From the NCBI GenBank assembly GCA_009602725.1, contig WELB01000023.1, positions 501,369 through 562,320 of the forward strand: a DNA stretch of 60,952 nt. The letters are read 5' to 3'. The notes beneath the pieces were generated by a model. That model was not told the origin of the DNA and ran no database searches. It saw only the letters and a list, made by a program, of their open reading frames with translations. This document shows positions 1-13,300 of this stretch, piece by piece; position 1 is the first letter of the stretch; each line of letters begins with the position of its first letter. The stretch comes from Spirogloea muscicola (Eukaryota). The position numbers were made by a program, and so were the translations under genes.

Positions 1-499
1 GCCCGGGGCGCGCGACTGCGTCGGTTGCCTGGGGGGGGGGTGCCCTCCCGAGCCGGAGGAGGGAGGTACGGGGGCGAGGAGGGGGGGGAGGGTACGGACG
101 GGGGGGCGGTACTCCCCCCCCCAACTCTTTTGGCGCGAAGGCGCCACGCGTCGGCCACCCCGGGCCCGGCTGCAGGAAGCCCCGGTCTTGGGGAGCTTGC
201 CGTCGCGGGGGGGCGCTCCCTGATCACGGCACGCCGTCAACTGGCCACCGCGGTAGAAAGCAGGTAACACCCCGATAACCGGTAACCCATTAGCTGTTAA
301 CTGTTGCCTAACCATTAATCTCGATTTCCAGCAAGTCGCGGCGAACGGGGATACTCATCCGCGTCAAATTGCAGCCGCCGGGACTGCGGATGCCGTGACT
401 CGTCATCGCGGGCGGCGGGCGCTCGTGAGACCCGCTCGGCGGAACGGGCGGGCCCACGGCTGGCCCAACATACACCAGCACCTCGAAACCAGCTCACTC

Positions 500-1135
500 C
501 CAGCGAGCTCTTTCTCTCTTTCTTGTACTCTGTTCATTCTTTTTTGGGCTGGCTGTTCCAGCCCATATTCTCAATGGGCGAGCCCTTCTCCTCTTTCTTT
601 CTTTCTTTCTTACTTTCTTTCTTAGTCTGTCGGATCAGAGGCTCCTCACTCGTAACTACTTAGTGATCCATTGTCATTCTTTTTTGGGCTGGCTGTTCCA
701 GCCCCTATCCTCAATGGGCGAGCTCTTTCCTTCCATGGTCCCCCTGCTCTACCATAGCATCTTCAGACCCCTTTGTAGCTGCTCAATGCTTTCTCGGCCC
801 CTTCGAACCTTTGTCAATTCCTTTTTGGGCTGGCTTTTTGCAGCCCTTGCCCCCGTTGGGAGGAATGCGTGTATATTAAGAGATGGGGAGGCCATGTGTG
901 GCCAAGTACAAAGGCAAGCACATTGGACAAATGTACGTCCAGGACCCTAGCCTCTCTGATTTGCGGCTGCTTAGCAGGGGTTACTGAGTAATTTGTAGCT
1001 GCTTTCTTTCTTTGTGTGCTTTGGTTTCTTAGCGCTTCCTCTGGCTTCCTCTGGCCCCCTTCTCGTTCTTTGTTCATTCTTTTTTGGGCTGGCTTGTCCA
1101 GCCCCTATCCTCAATGGGCGAGCCCTTTCTTCTAA
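500..1135 (+). mobile_element. Nest A: head-to-tail array of 3'-terminal fragments of CRE-like (RLE) non-LTR retrotransposons
   Basis: Four copies of TTC(T)nGGGCTGGC..CAGCCC..TGGG at about 536, 676, 816 and 1076, three ending in CGAGC plus a TTC-rich tail. ORF ends LSDLRLLSRGY* (TGA 985-987) and degenerate SDQRLLTRNY (about 630-663) lie on the same strand. Confidence 0.7.
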
Positions 1136-1141
1136 TGTACG

Positions 1142-1480
1142 TCACCTGCTGCTAAGCTGACCCGCTCAGTAACCACGAGTCAGCACATAGAGGTCGCTAG
1201 CTGACGCTCGAATACCGGACGGCAATTGACTAGCTCTTGTGCCAGCAGCTAAGGCTCGACCAGCTTTCTGATGCAGAGCATACGCCTGAGCTCGTTGCAG
1301 ACAGGTTGACACTCGACGTCGCAGAAATGACAGATTGGCTGCCGGCATACCCATCTGGGCTGGGAGCATATCCTCGCGTCGTGCATATCCCAGACTCGCT
1401 ATGTTCTCGAGTAGGGTATGGAAGCGAGGACCCAAGCAGCCGAAAGTGTCGATTGCGGCCGTTGGGAGTACCACTACTTC
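1142..1480 (-). mobile_element. C-terminal fragment of an RLE-type non-LTR retrotransposon ORF (CRE-like)
   Basis: Translates LPTAAIDTFGCLGPRFHTLL...FLRRRVSTCLQRAQAYAL...SDLYVLTRGY*, the (E/D)TFG..GP / RxSxxLQRxxA tail typical of CRE/RLE elements. Homologous at nucleotide level to 51003-51310. Confidence 0.75.
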
Positions 1481-1511
1481 TTTCTCCTGCCGGCGCCCCC
1501 GGGGGGGCGCC

Positions 1512-4023
1512 ATGGCGGCCCCGCGGCGCCTCGGGTCCTTGTGGGCGGTCGTGCCCGCAGCCCACCGCTGCTGCCAGTCCGCCACTGATGGTCGTGCCAC
1601 GGCCGCCGGCGCAGCTTCCCGGCTTGGGGCCGCGCGGCGCAGCCCGCGGCACGACAGAGGCGGCCGCCCGTTGGGCCGGCCCGAGGCCTCTGCACGCGGC
1701 ACCTCCTCCGCCAGCTGCAGGCCCTCCCGAGCGACGAGCCCTGAGCTGACGTCCAGCACGCAAGCTTTGGCAGATGGTGCGCCTCCCTGCTGTGCTAGGC
1801 CGGCTCCCTGGCGGCTCATGGGGAGGGCATCCCCACTTATCGCGCATAAATTGAGGACCTTATATTTATGTCCAGCATCTCTGATGCCCCCATAATGAGC
1901 ACCATCCAACCCAACTCCTTGCACTAATGTAATAGCGCGGGCGCTATCCACTATGTACCAGGCTTACTGGCGGGGCACCACAGCTTCCTCAGCCGGGCAA
2001 TCACGCTGTGCGAGTCGCAGCGCAGGTGCGCAGCAAGCCTCCTCTCCTCCATACCCAGCCATTGTTTTCTGGGGTTTCGCATCTCCTTGATGGGTGGCTC
2101 AATACGGTGGCTCAATTTGCCCAAGCAGCTCCTGCGCCGCCCGTCCTCAGCGACCACCGCGCGCAGGCGGCTGCACTGCTGCAGCACGTGGTGTCGGCGA
2201 GCCCCCTTCTGAGAGAGCGGCCAATGTTCCGTGTTGGTGTCACAGGCCCCCCGGGGATCGGCAAGTCCAGCCTGATTGAACGTTAGTCGCCATCCGCAAA
2301 ACTCCCTCTGATACTGGTGCAGCAGCAGGCATAGTACATCTTACGGCTAGCAACATTTTCGTATTCTTTACATCACTAGCGGCAGAAAGTTCCTGCACAA
2401 CTAGCTTGGTAGGCTGGCGTTATCCAAAGTATGATCCAATCGTGTGTGCGCACGTCACAGGCCTGGGGCTGCTGGCCACGTCCAAGGGCCATAAGGTGGC
2501 GGTGCTGGCCATCGACCCATCATCGGCACAGAGTGGCGGGTCCATTCTTGGCGACAAGACGCGCATGGAGGAGCTCTCACGGCACCCAGACGCATTTGTC
2601 CGCCCAACTCCATCAAGATGCCACGGCGGCGGCATTGCCCGCAACAGTGCCGACGCCACGTTGCTATGCGAGGTCCACAGCGCGGCTCGCGACCAATGCT
2701 GCACTCTTGTTTCCTAGGCACATTTCTGTCTATCTTATACTCACTGACAAGAGCTTGGCAGTTAATCTTGTAGGCCAGATAGCTTACAAGAATCAAAGAC
2801 AATCAACAAGTCAAGAAGGTCATATTGTACGTGTCGTCCATGATGTCCATGTCACATGCAGCTTTGTGATGTAATGGCTCATAGGTTGCAATAAGAGCTG
2901 CATGCATAAAGACCGATACATCTGTCATGTTGCTCCAGGCGGCAGGATGCAGTGTGCTCATGGTCGAGACTGTCGGCGGCGGCCAGGGCGACACTGCTGT
3001 GGCGGCCATTGTTGACGCCCTGCTCCTCGTCCTCCAGCCGGCCGGGGGTGACGAGCTGCAGGGTATCAAGAAAGGTATGGTGCCTGTGGATGTGGGCTGG
3101 CTTTGGAGCAACTATTCGGCTGTAATTTTGTGGTCGTGCCTTTCTCTTTTTTGAGTCTCTTATGTCGTCACACAAACCCCTGCACTGGGCTCGCGAGCGA
3201 GTGCAGGCATTGTGGAGGTCGCCGACTTCATTGTGGTGAACAAGGCTGATGGCGACCTCCTGCACAGTGCCCGTGCAGCAGTGAGGGAGTACCAGAATGC
3301 TCTACAGTATCTTCGGCCCCGGACACGATGTTGGTCCACGCCGGTGAGTTCCCCAACCTGCCTCCGGATGGCAAGCACATGGGCGGTGTGGGGCTCAAGG
3401 CAGGTCACATGTCTTGTCAGTCATCCAGAAGCGTCAATCACAAGGACTCCATCACCTGCTGGGCCATGGCATGTGCAGTGTTCCGCTGACTATCGACAAG
3501 CATCTCAGGTGCTCGCCTGCAGCGCATGCACTGGCGCCAGCCTTGAGGAGCTTTGGCAGCAGCTGGCTGAGTTCGAGGGTGCCATGCGGGCATCGGGGGA
3601 GCTGCGGGCACGCCGGGACGGCCAGCAGCAGCAGCTACTGTGGAGAAGCGTCCAAGACGAGCTCCTCGACAGGTGACTTACCCTGGCACTATTTTCCTTC
3701 TTATGCACTGCTCATCTTTGAGTAGAGATGGCCAAGCACTTGCACATCCACAAGTACTGTGACTCCTGTTTGTGGCAACCATTGCAGCACGCATGGTCTG
3801 TGATCTAGCCAATAACAGAATGATTGTCGTAAAGAAAGGTCCCTGGGTCTGCTGCCTAATGCTCATGAGCAACTTCATCGGGCAATCTAGGTTGAGGAGG
3901 GACCAAGATGTGGGACTGGCTCTGGGCGAGGCGGAGGAGAGCATCCTGGCAGGTCACCTTGCCATCAGGACTGCAACTTATCACATAGTCGACGCAATCC
4001 TTCAACGTGCTCGAAGGTCCTAG
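1512..4023 (+). CDS. MMAA: Methylmalonyl-CoA mutase-associated GTPase MMAA/MeaB (ArgK family), mitochondrial; 8 exons
   Basis: Spliced exons give LADGLLAG..LSRAITLCES, P-loop VGVTGPPGIGKS, VLAIDPSS..SGGSILGDKTRM, VETVG.GQ, GDELQGIKKGIVEVAD..VVNKAD. Arg/Ala-rich N-terminus from ATG 1512. GT-AG introns. Confidence 0.93.
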
Positions 4024-4327
4024 GTACTTGTGTGCACAAGGTTGGCTCCACCGGTGTCTTTGTACAACAGTCCCTTCTCGACGCTGGATGCGCTGCGATC
4101 CAGATGACATTGGCAAGAGCCCCTTCATCAGGCAGTGCTTGAGCATTTTTACTGTCACTGCCTTGTCTGTGCATGTCAACAGCAAAGAATACACTTGAAC
4201 AATCAGCTTTCCATTTGGTACAAAAGAATTTCAATGCTAACCAAGATGAAGGTGACACAAAGGTCTTAATTGTATCAAGCTGTGGTACTATGCTCTGTAG
4301 TGCTTACGAGGTTGTCCAGTGAAGGGC

Positions 4328-7300
4328 TTATTGACTGGAGGCATCGTCATACACATCGTCGCCCTCTGAGGCAGCGTTTCCATCTTCCTCCCCACTGCTA
4401 CTGTCAATGACATATCGCTGCAGGCAGTAGATAGCAGTGCACGTCTTGATGCAGGTCGAGAAAGAAAAAGCATCTGTCATGGAGTTTGCAGCATAGCACA
4501 AGCAACTCTGATAATGCCCTGCAGGATGCTCAGTGTTCCTGCCAGAAGGTGACTAACCACATCAACGTCTTAGGCTGGAGCCACAACTTCTCCCACTAAG
4601 ACTGAAGGCAGAAAGCAATGTCGAGTACCTTCGTCGCTGCACGACTGGCACGAACAGGCCTGCTTGGCCTGATGTCATTGCCAGTAACCTGCACCTCCAC
4701 CATCATGTCTCTCTCCCCGTTTCTAGTCTGTGACATGAGAAGGGTAAGACCATATTTACAATCAGGGACTTGTTGATGCACCAGCACGATAGGGCTGAAT
4801 CTAAAAGCAGAGGCCTGCATGTGCACTGATACAAATTGGTTACCAAGGAATTAATGAACAGTACGATCTCAACTTCGTCCATGACCCTTCAGATGGTCGA
4901 AGGTGCTTGGCATAGTAAATCAAGTGTGACATGAGTTCGCAATGGCCTAGCCCTGGTGCAAATCAAAGCTGCAATCAATCTGTGCATCATAAGGAAAATC
5001 TGGTAATGTCTGACCTGATTAGGCAGGGATTTGGCAATACCCATGTCAGACAAGCCAGCTGCAAGCTTCACCAGGTCGTTCTTGTCTTCTGTTGTCGAGA
5101 CTGTTCTAAGTACTCCTTTTGCAGCTACCCCCCTTGTTGCACTGCTGCCCTTCGTGACAGCAGGATGTTCTTTTGCTGGAGCTCTGCCAGCCTGCTGGAG
5201 CCACTGCACTCCTTCAGTCACTCCCAGTGGGCTATTGCTAGCATGCCAAGGCTACTCTGGCCATTGAGACCCAGTGCCATGCATAGATATGACAATCAGT
5301 GTCCAGCACTGTAAATATAAGACAGAAGAGGGCTCGCACCTTCTTGCTTGATGCCTTCTTCTTCTTCGGCTGCACCTCATAATCAGAGCCAGATTCATCG
5401 TCCAGGTCGATCATGCCGACCTTTTCACTCTCATCCTCGCTGTCTGCTTCTGCTCTCCTTGCCTTGCTTCGTGCAGCAAGTGGCAGACCGACTGCAAAGA
5501 AAGTATAGTAGTCAGTATAGTAGGTCAACCTTGACATATTCACCTTCGCAAGGTGCAAGGCATGTTGCCAAGACAACCTTGGCTGCCACTGCGGCTAAAA
5601 TTGCCCAAATCATGGAACTTCCTTCACAACCTGTTAAATATTTTTAGCTAGTGGCAGGTCAGGTCTTGGCATGATGAATGCTTAAGAGCTTCAACGGTTG
5701 CACGTACTGCTGATTTTGGGCAATGGCGGCCTTTGCTGCAATACAGTATCGGCTTTGGCACTCCCTTCTTCAACCTTGTCCTCAGCAAGTCGTTGTGTGA
5801 CGCTGTGTGCTGCATGTCAGATCATAGCCATGCCTGCATAAGTGCTCACATATGTATACTTCTGCTAAGACAAAGCAATATAAGCGAAGTACACAAACAA
5901 AGCATGACTTGGACACTACACATACTTGTCACGAGTCACATAACATGTCGTGGGTTCCCTGACAGCAGTCCTGAACCACACTCAAGGAGTGCTTGCCACT
6001 CCAGGTTGATATTCAGTTCCCTTTCAGAAGAATAGCAGCACATTCAGGCAACTTGATAGGTCTCTAGAACACGCTGAAGCTATCATACCTGGTGCAGTGG
6101 CAGTCTGTGTGCGCTGCTTTGCCATAGCTGCCAACCTTTCGTCCAGGGACAAGCCAAAATCTTCATCACCATCGCTTGCTACTTCCTGTGGGGTCTTACG
6201 TAGACGTGTTAGCAAAGTATTATTGTTAGTTGTAAAGTTTGCAACAATGAAGTCAACCAAGGCAGTAACCACAACGTGTGCGCTGCAACTTGCAACCAAC
6301 AGTTTCTGATAGTCGTGTCATTATACAGCATTGCCACCTTCTACATCAAAAACAAGGCTGCCAGTGAAAGGTAGGAATGCTGAAGTCCTTGGAACGTGTA
6401 AAAGCTTATACCACATTGTCAGCTAAACGCTGCTGTTTCAAAGCAGCTGAAGGTTGCTGGTTCCCAGTTGGCTTTGGGATGCTCGCACTCGGGGGCTGAA
6501 ATCATTGGAAAAGCCAGTGTTAGATTCTGCCTACATATGAGGACACAATAGCAGCATAACCCTCCTTGAACTTGTTGGATGAACAATTCTAGATGGAAAA
6601 TGGAGACCATGAGGTCACCTCAGCAGAGAGTAACGAAAAAGTACTCTCCAATGCTTGGATCCTGATAGAAAACTTACTTTGCCTAAAGCCTTTGCAAGGA
6701 TGGGTTTTGAAGTTGCTGCAGGCTTCTTGGTTGCATATGCTTCCTTCATGTTTTTGCCTACAGAACAAACAAGGTAGTTTCAAATATGTGGTCTACATTC
6801 CACGGTCACGGACAAAAGAAGCTTGCTGCTTGTCACATATGCAGCATTTTGCAAGCAGCACTTTAAGAAAGTATTTGCAGACCTGTGGGTATGACATTCT
6901 CCTTGTTTTCTCTGTGACTGTTCAGCTGGGTCTTCTTCTGGACCTTCCCTGCCTTTGGCTGTGCCTTGAAGCCTTGCTGGCTTTCTTTGATCTGAGCTTC
7001 CTCCTCCTCCTCCTTGGCCTGAACATATGTGTAAAAGGACACGAAAATGCATTCCTCGCCTGATGGGCTACGAGCACGCTTGCCAAGCTGCATAAACATC
7101 ACTACACAATATGCTCGCATAGTCAGCCATCACAGAATTTTCTTGCTTTTACATACTGTAATTTGACGAACATGTATGCTGACCTCCAGAGCAACCAAGA
7201 GCTGGTCCAGTTCTCTGTCCCACATATCCTTGGGCTGCACCCGTGCCAGTGCATGCATCTCCTCTTCCTTTGCATCTCTCTCCTTGCAGAGCTCCTCCAC

Positions 7301-10300
7301 CTTCTCAAGCGTGAGGCTCCACAAGGGCATTGAAAGCAAGTAGTCGTAGCCTACAGCAACTCCTGAGGCCGATGCCGAAGGCTGCACCATGTCTTCATCA
7401 ACATCCTGATCCTCCTCAGCATCCACATCTCCAGCTTGCATCACCCTTTTACTCTTACCAGTGGACAGAGGGGCAAACCCAGCAGCCTGCAAGGATTTGT
7501 ACATGTATTGAATTAACAGGTCTTTCACCACCTCGGCTGAAGCTTGACAACATTGTCAGTGGTTCCTAAGCAACAGTTGAAAGCACATCCAGCACATGAT
7601 TGTCGTACTTGGTCGCAAGAAAGCTTGCCGGATGTACAGATTGTAAAAGGCTTACCTGCAGCTGGGCCAAGAGGTCTGCCTTTCTGCGGTTGCTGACAAT
7701 CAGAGTCCCTTGTACAACAGCCAGGATAAAACGTGTACGATTGTCCAACCTTATTAAGTCCTCCTTAAGCTGCGACAGCTGGAAGGCCTGAGGAAAGCAA
7801 GCGACCCAGCCAGCCTATGAATAGCATGCTTTCGTATTGCTGGTCATTATTTCAAGTACATTGACAATCATAGGTTACAGCCTTTGGCAAATGACATTTG
7901 CACATTAGGCCACATGTAGTCAAAATATCAATCAATACTGTCTATATCAACTTGCCTTTCGTTTGTTGTAATACTCCAATCTAATGCCGTAGAACATTGA
8001 CAAGACTGTGGCAAGCATCATGCAAGCACATTGACGGTTAGCATCCATATCTTTGCTTGGCAGCCATGTGTGTCTCAGCACGAGTAAAGAAATAGACCTA
8101 TCAAAGAGCTGCCGCACTAACGTCCCAGGCTAGGAGCAGAAGATGCATGTATATGCAGTAGAAGGGCTATAACACGGGGATGTGGCTCACTCTGTTCAGG
8201 AGAAACATATTTAGTGATGCGGCCATCCTTGTCAAATAGGTGCATGTTAGTTGTGCTTATTGTGCTAGTGAGCTTGAATTTTTTCTCCAGACCTTCTGCT
8301 AGGGCCAGTGCCATGTTTGCCTCACTTAACTCCACAACAAAGTGTACGGTGGTATCAAAGTGGTGCTGGCTGAAGGACTGCAGAAACAGGGTGCAGGGGC
8401 AAGAGAAAGGTGTCATTGAGTGCTGCGTTGATCCCCATCTGTATCAGGAGCCTTGCGTCATTAAGAAGCTGAAAGTCTTCCCTTCTTGTCTGAGCCGCAT
8501 CCTTATGAGATCATGCAAAACTAGCTACTGCTACGCTATCTAATGCTGTTAAACAGCACCACAAAAACAAGCAACCTTGACGAATGGTTCCCGTTGCTTG
8601 TCTGAGGTCTCCATGAGAGATTCAAGGAACTCCTTGTAGTCCTGTGTCCACCTGCGCACGGGCAGCTCAGTAATGTCCACGGTTGTTGCACTAGTCTGTT
8701 GAATAGTTCCGGTTACAGTGTAAGACTGCCCGTTCTCTTTGGTAGCTGCAAGTTGGATGTTTCCCTGAGCACACATTCAGCAATATCGTCCGTCATGGTC
8801 AGTCCAGGTCCGCAGCTTCAGCAACAGTGAAGGCCCTCAACTTCCAGCTCTTCCATGCAGCCAACAGCAGCAACCATGTCAGTATTGCAGCTTACATGTG
8901 ACCAAAAAATGTAGACAGATAAACAGACCTGAAAGCCCTTGTACCAAGGGTCCATGGTCTTCACATGCCCTCCTTGGATCATACTCTTTAGATTCACTAT
9001 CAGCTCGCGTGGATTGTAGTTTGGGACAAATGAGCTCCAACCCGTACCAATACCCTCACTTCCATTTACGAGTACCATGGGTATGATTGGCAAGTACCTG
9101 CACAAGGCAGAATGTTTTGAGGCCATAATAGCTTCAGACTACTCGTGTCAAACTCGATATTCACACTTATACACTGCTGTTAGAAATCAATCAAAACTTG
9201 TGTTACATTCTCTGTACAGTGCTTACCAAACTGGTTCGATGGCAAGCCCATCATCATTGAGATAATAAAGCAGACAGTCATCAGCTTCAGGAAATATGGC
9301 ACGAGTAATCTTGCATAGATAAGTATGGGTGTATCGAGGACTGGCAGCATCTTTGCCTCCCTGGAGTCAAAAACATACCAGCTATAAGCACCTGCACCCC
9401 TGTGTGAAAACGGCGATGTTCACAAGAGGCTCACCTGATGTTGCAACTCTAGGATGCTGTCCAACTCAACTGCGTACCTGAGCTCGAGAGCCAAAGCCAC
9501 CACTTGGAAAGAGCAGATTGATATTATTGCTGCCGACAAAATCCTGAGCAAGCCCAGTTATGGTGCTGTTCAAGCTGGCTTCGCCATGGTGATAAGCTGT
9601 GTGCTCTGTCACATAACCTGCCAGAGATGCAACCTGGAGGAGTAGCAATACGACATAAGGACAGGAAAGTGTCAATGTTGCTGCAAGTCCTCGGGACATT
9701 CTCTTTTCAGAATCACACTCTTGTTGAAAAGCTCTTGTATCACTCAGGTGCTTCTAAAGGCATGTCAAACCATGAGTGGTGTAGACCAAGATTCGATACA
9801 TGCAGGGAGATCACTGGTCAAGCTTGATATGTCTCATACCCTGCATTCCTTGGTCAGATTTCTCTTGAAGCATGCATACAGTATCTTTCGTTGACCAGGC
9901 TTCAGTCCATCCATGACGGAGGGTATTGAGCGCATATTATCAGCCAATGAGAAGAGGATCAGTTCCTTGTTGACAAAGTCTTGATAGGAGATAGTGGGAG
10001 TGCTTTGGTCGAGGTAGGTGCCAGGCTGTAAGAGGGGATAAACCTTGGTCAGCCACTTGCAACTTGGAAAGGAAAGTATGAAGATTTGTATTGATGAAAG
10101 TTTCTGGCGTCTATCGGTGGCTTACAGCACTGCAGAAGTATGATAGTCTTTTGGGGACATGATATTGAAATTCCAAAAAGACACTGAGTTTTGCATTTAG
10201 CAAATGCCATCTGGTTGTCACCTCAAAGTTGCGAAGCCAAGTCTTGCGCTCATCGACCTTCTTCTTTGCAAACGCCATCTCGATGTAGCTGCCTTCGTGG

Positions 10301-13300
10301 TCATTTGTCCATTCGAAGTCTTTCTTGTGCTGGTCCAGGGCCTTGAAGTACTCAATAGCCTCCTCCCTTCTGCTTGTGCCAAGACCCTAGCAAGGCAAGT
10401 AGCACCAGAGATGCTCAGTCAAACAATTCAGGCCGACCCAGCCTATACGAAGATCAGCATGCGGTTCAATAGGCTACCTTGTAGTACTTGATGCTCCACC
10501 CTTTTGGCTTGCGCCCCCCATGTGACTCCTTCCACTTCTCATACTCAGGAATAGTAAAGAACGATAGCGTTTCCTTGCCTTTGCTTGCCTGTATTTGAGA
10601 ACTTTGACAAATTTAGAATGTCCTTGAGACTTTCACCGGTCTCTGTAGCTCAAAAGCATGCACATGGAATTGAGTTTGTTTCCTGCAACTGTGGTGGCTT
10701 CTTTTGCACTCTGCAATCAAGAGCTTCTAGGCTTCCCCACCACACATCTGCTTGCTGGGCCATGCAATCTGGAGCTGAGCCCGTGACAATCTGGAACGCA
10801 GCAAAGGCCTCACCTTTACAATTGGTGTGATAAATTCAACCATGAATGAAGGAATTGCAAGAAGTGAAGGCCAAAAGGAGTGAATGAAGTTGATCAGAAG
10901 GCCCTTGATGTGGGAACCATCATGATCCTAGTGCCATGACAGGGGTCTGAGGAGTAAGTTCTACTGTTTATGAAGAGGTATGCAGGGTAATGCATAATGC
11001 AGAGGTTGCATGCTTATGCTTGTGATCTTAGAAGCTGTTCAACATACTTGCATGTATGTGGTGGACAGTGGCACATTGTCTCAAGGAGATATTCAGCACA
11101 AGCTCCTGCTCACCTGGTCTGTCATTATCATGAGGTGGCCATATCTGAGGGTCTTTACACTGTCATATTGCTTTCCATGCTGAAGGCCCAAGATCTGTTT
11201 GATGTTGGTGATTTCTACATTTTCCATTATCTGTTTGTGGCTTGCATCCCGAACATTGAGAAGCTTTCCCTTCAAAGGAAAAACGCCGTAGCGGTCCCTT
11301 CCGACAACACTTAAGCCACTCATCTGCATGTGGTAGATGAGATGTCAGATGCAATCATTGACAGAGAAGTTCCTAACTCTCATGACATGCAAAGTCTATT
11401 TTTCCGATGACTGCACTCACTGGCATACCGCAAGTGTCTTGGCTGAGTCTCCCTCTGTCAGGATTAGAGTGCAAAGCTCTGAATTCCGCCCTCCTGCCTC
11501 ATTTGCATCGTCCAGCTTAGCAATGCCTTTGAGTTGTGTGCGCTTGCTGCCGTCGTTCTTCTTCAAGTCCTTGCTTGCTCTAAAGGTTGCCCACGTTAGC
11601 AGGTTCTCAACAATCCCACATTTGGCCACTGCAAAAGACCACAACAGCAAGCTCAGGACAAATCTGTGTCAACAGAAAGTGCACACTTGATGATGTTGAC
11701 CTGCTACATGACAAGACGATCGTATGAAAACAGATTAGCTTTGTCAGAGATACACATTCTGGGGTTTATACGGCCAGATTTCATACCTTGTGTCATGAAC
11801 TTGGGAGACAGTGTGCACGTAGAACCAAGAGCTGATTGACGGGTAGTCAACACTTCTTTGGTCTGTGAGTCAAAAGCTGGGTTCTCAATCACAGAGTTTA
11901 CAAACACCCATAGGTGGTTCTTGACCTGGAAGGGCTTTATAGGGTTTCCTTTGACTTCCTTCTTCTTGTTGATGTGGAGTAGCAAATTGGTCACAATCTG
12001 GTCTGTGACATAAGCCACGTGAGTTCCACCTTTCATGGTGGCGATGCTGTTCACAAAGCTCACCTGCAAAGCAGAGCCTAATCAAGTAAGGACTTCACCC
12101 ACAAAAAGTACCCAAGTACTAGAGGCCATGTCTAATGTGAACAGCTGCTCATGCTGCTGAAGCATGCCTTTCAGTCGCAGCCGTGAGCGTGGTCAAGAAG
12201 CAGTACATTCTTGATCTCCCTCTCTTCTGAAATAAGCAGCCAAAGGCCATCTATCTACAGAAGCGACCTTGCTACTCAGTATCACTTGCCACTTCTGACT
12301 AAATTGTGATGCTCTGTTGTGGTGCAGGATCAGATTCTCACTTGCTGGAACAGCCCTTCACTTAGGCTGACACAAACCTCCCATCTGTCATTTACATGCT
12401 CATAGATTCTGCCACGGTGTGCTTCAATCTCAGATACAAGTAGGATTTGCCTAAGAGCCCCACTGCAGCAAAGAGCATGGCTACATCGGATGCTACTGAT
12501 GTGACTATTGTTGCTCATTAGAAGAATATACAACGTCCATGGCAATCCATGGCAACATGACAGACACAGACTGGAGCAAGGGGATAGACCTACCTTGGTA
12601 GAGGCTCTTCTCGTGTTGACGATGATGAAGCGGAAAGGTATAGGCTGACATAGTCGCTGAAGCCCTTGACTGGCACCCGCTGTCCGTCCAGTTCGACCTG
12701 CATGAGCAAGAACACTCTCACGTCTAGACCGAGTGACAGGACTATCTGCCAATCTGCTTATGCTCCAACTCTTATTTTGACGTACGAACCATATCTAACG
12801 TCAAGCCTGGTCTTAAGTACGTACATCTTTGTCCGCAGGAATGCTTTTGTGCTATGGTTACAAGGTCTTAGATGGGAAGAAGCACCAACCTTGATACCCT
12901 TGCCCAAGCAACCTGCAATGTCCATGACCCTCTTTCTCATCAGAGCTACTACGTCGTCCTCTAAATGCGTCATGTGAAATTTGGCCAGGTCAGGCTTGAA
13001 CGTGATGCTTGTCCACGCTTCATTTTCTCGGCACTTGCCAATAAGGGGCTGAGATTTCTCACTCATGTTTTGAGAGAATACCTACATTCCGTGCATCATC
13101 AAGCAAACCTAGTCATATCCCTAACTTGTGAGGAAGCACGTTGTCAGTGTGCCTGCAGTGTATTGCATACATGCTCGTGCAAGAAAAGCAGCTCTAGCAC
13201 ACCTGCTTATATTTGCGTTGCCTCTTTCCATCAGCTGTCTCAACGACAAACTCTGTGGAGAAGATGTTGGCTAGTTTTGCTCCATAACCATTCCGCCCGC

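Noticed and set aside
985..1135. TGA plus downstream hairpin as selenocysteine/SECIS
   Set aside because: Homologous ends use TAA and TAG too, and the hairpin lacks the SECIS core.
1166..1951. 261-aa minus ORF, including an ARAITLV string resembling the MeaB motif
   Set aside because: A chimera of the antisense of MMAA exon 1/intron 1 plus a retroelement tail. ARAITLV has no nucleotide-level similarity to the real exon and is treated as coincidence.
13210..13225. Apparent GC donor AG|GCAACG in TOP2
   Set aside because: The exon continues GKRQRKYKQ to a normal GT donor.
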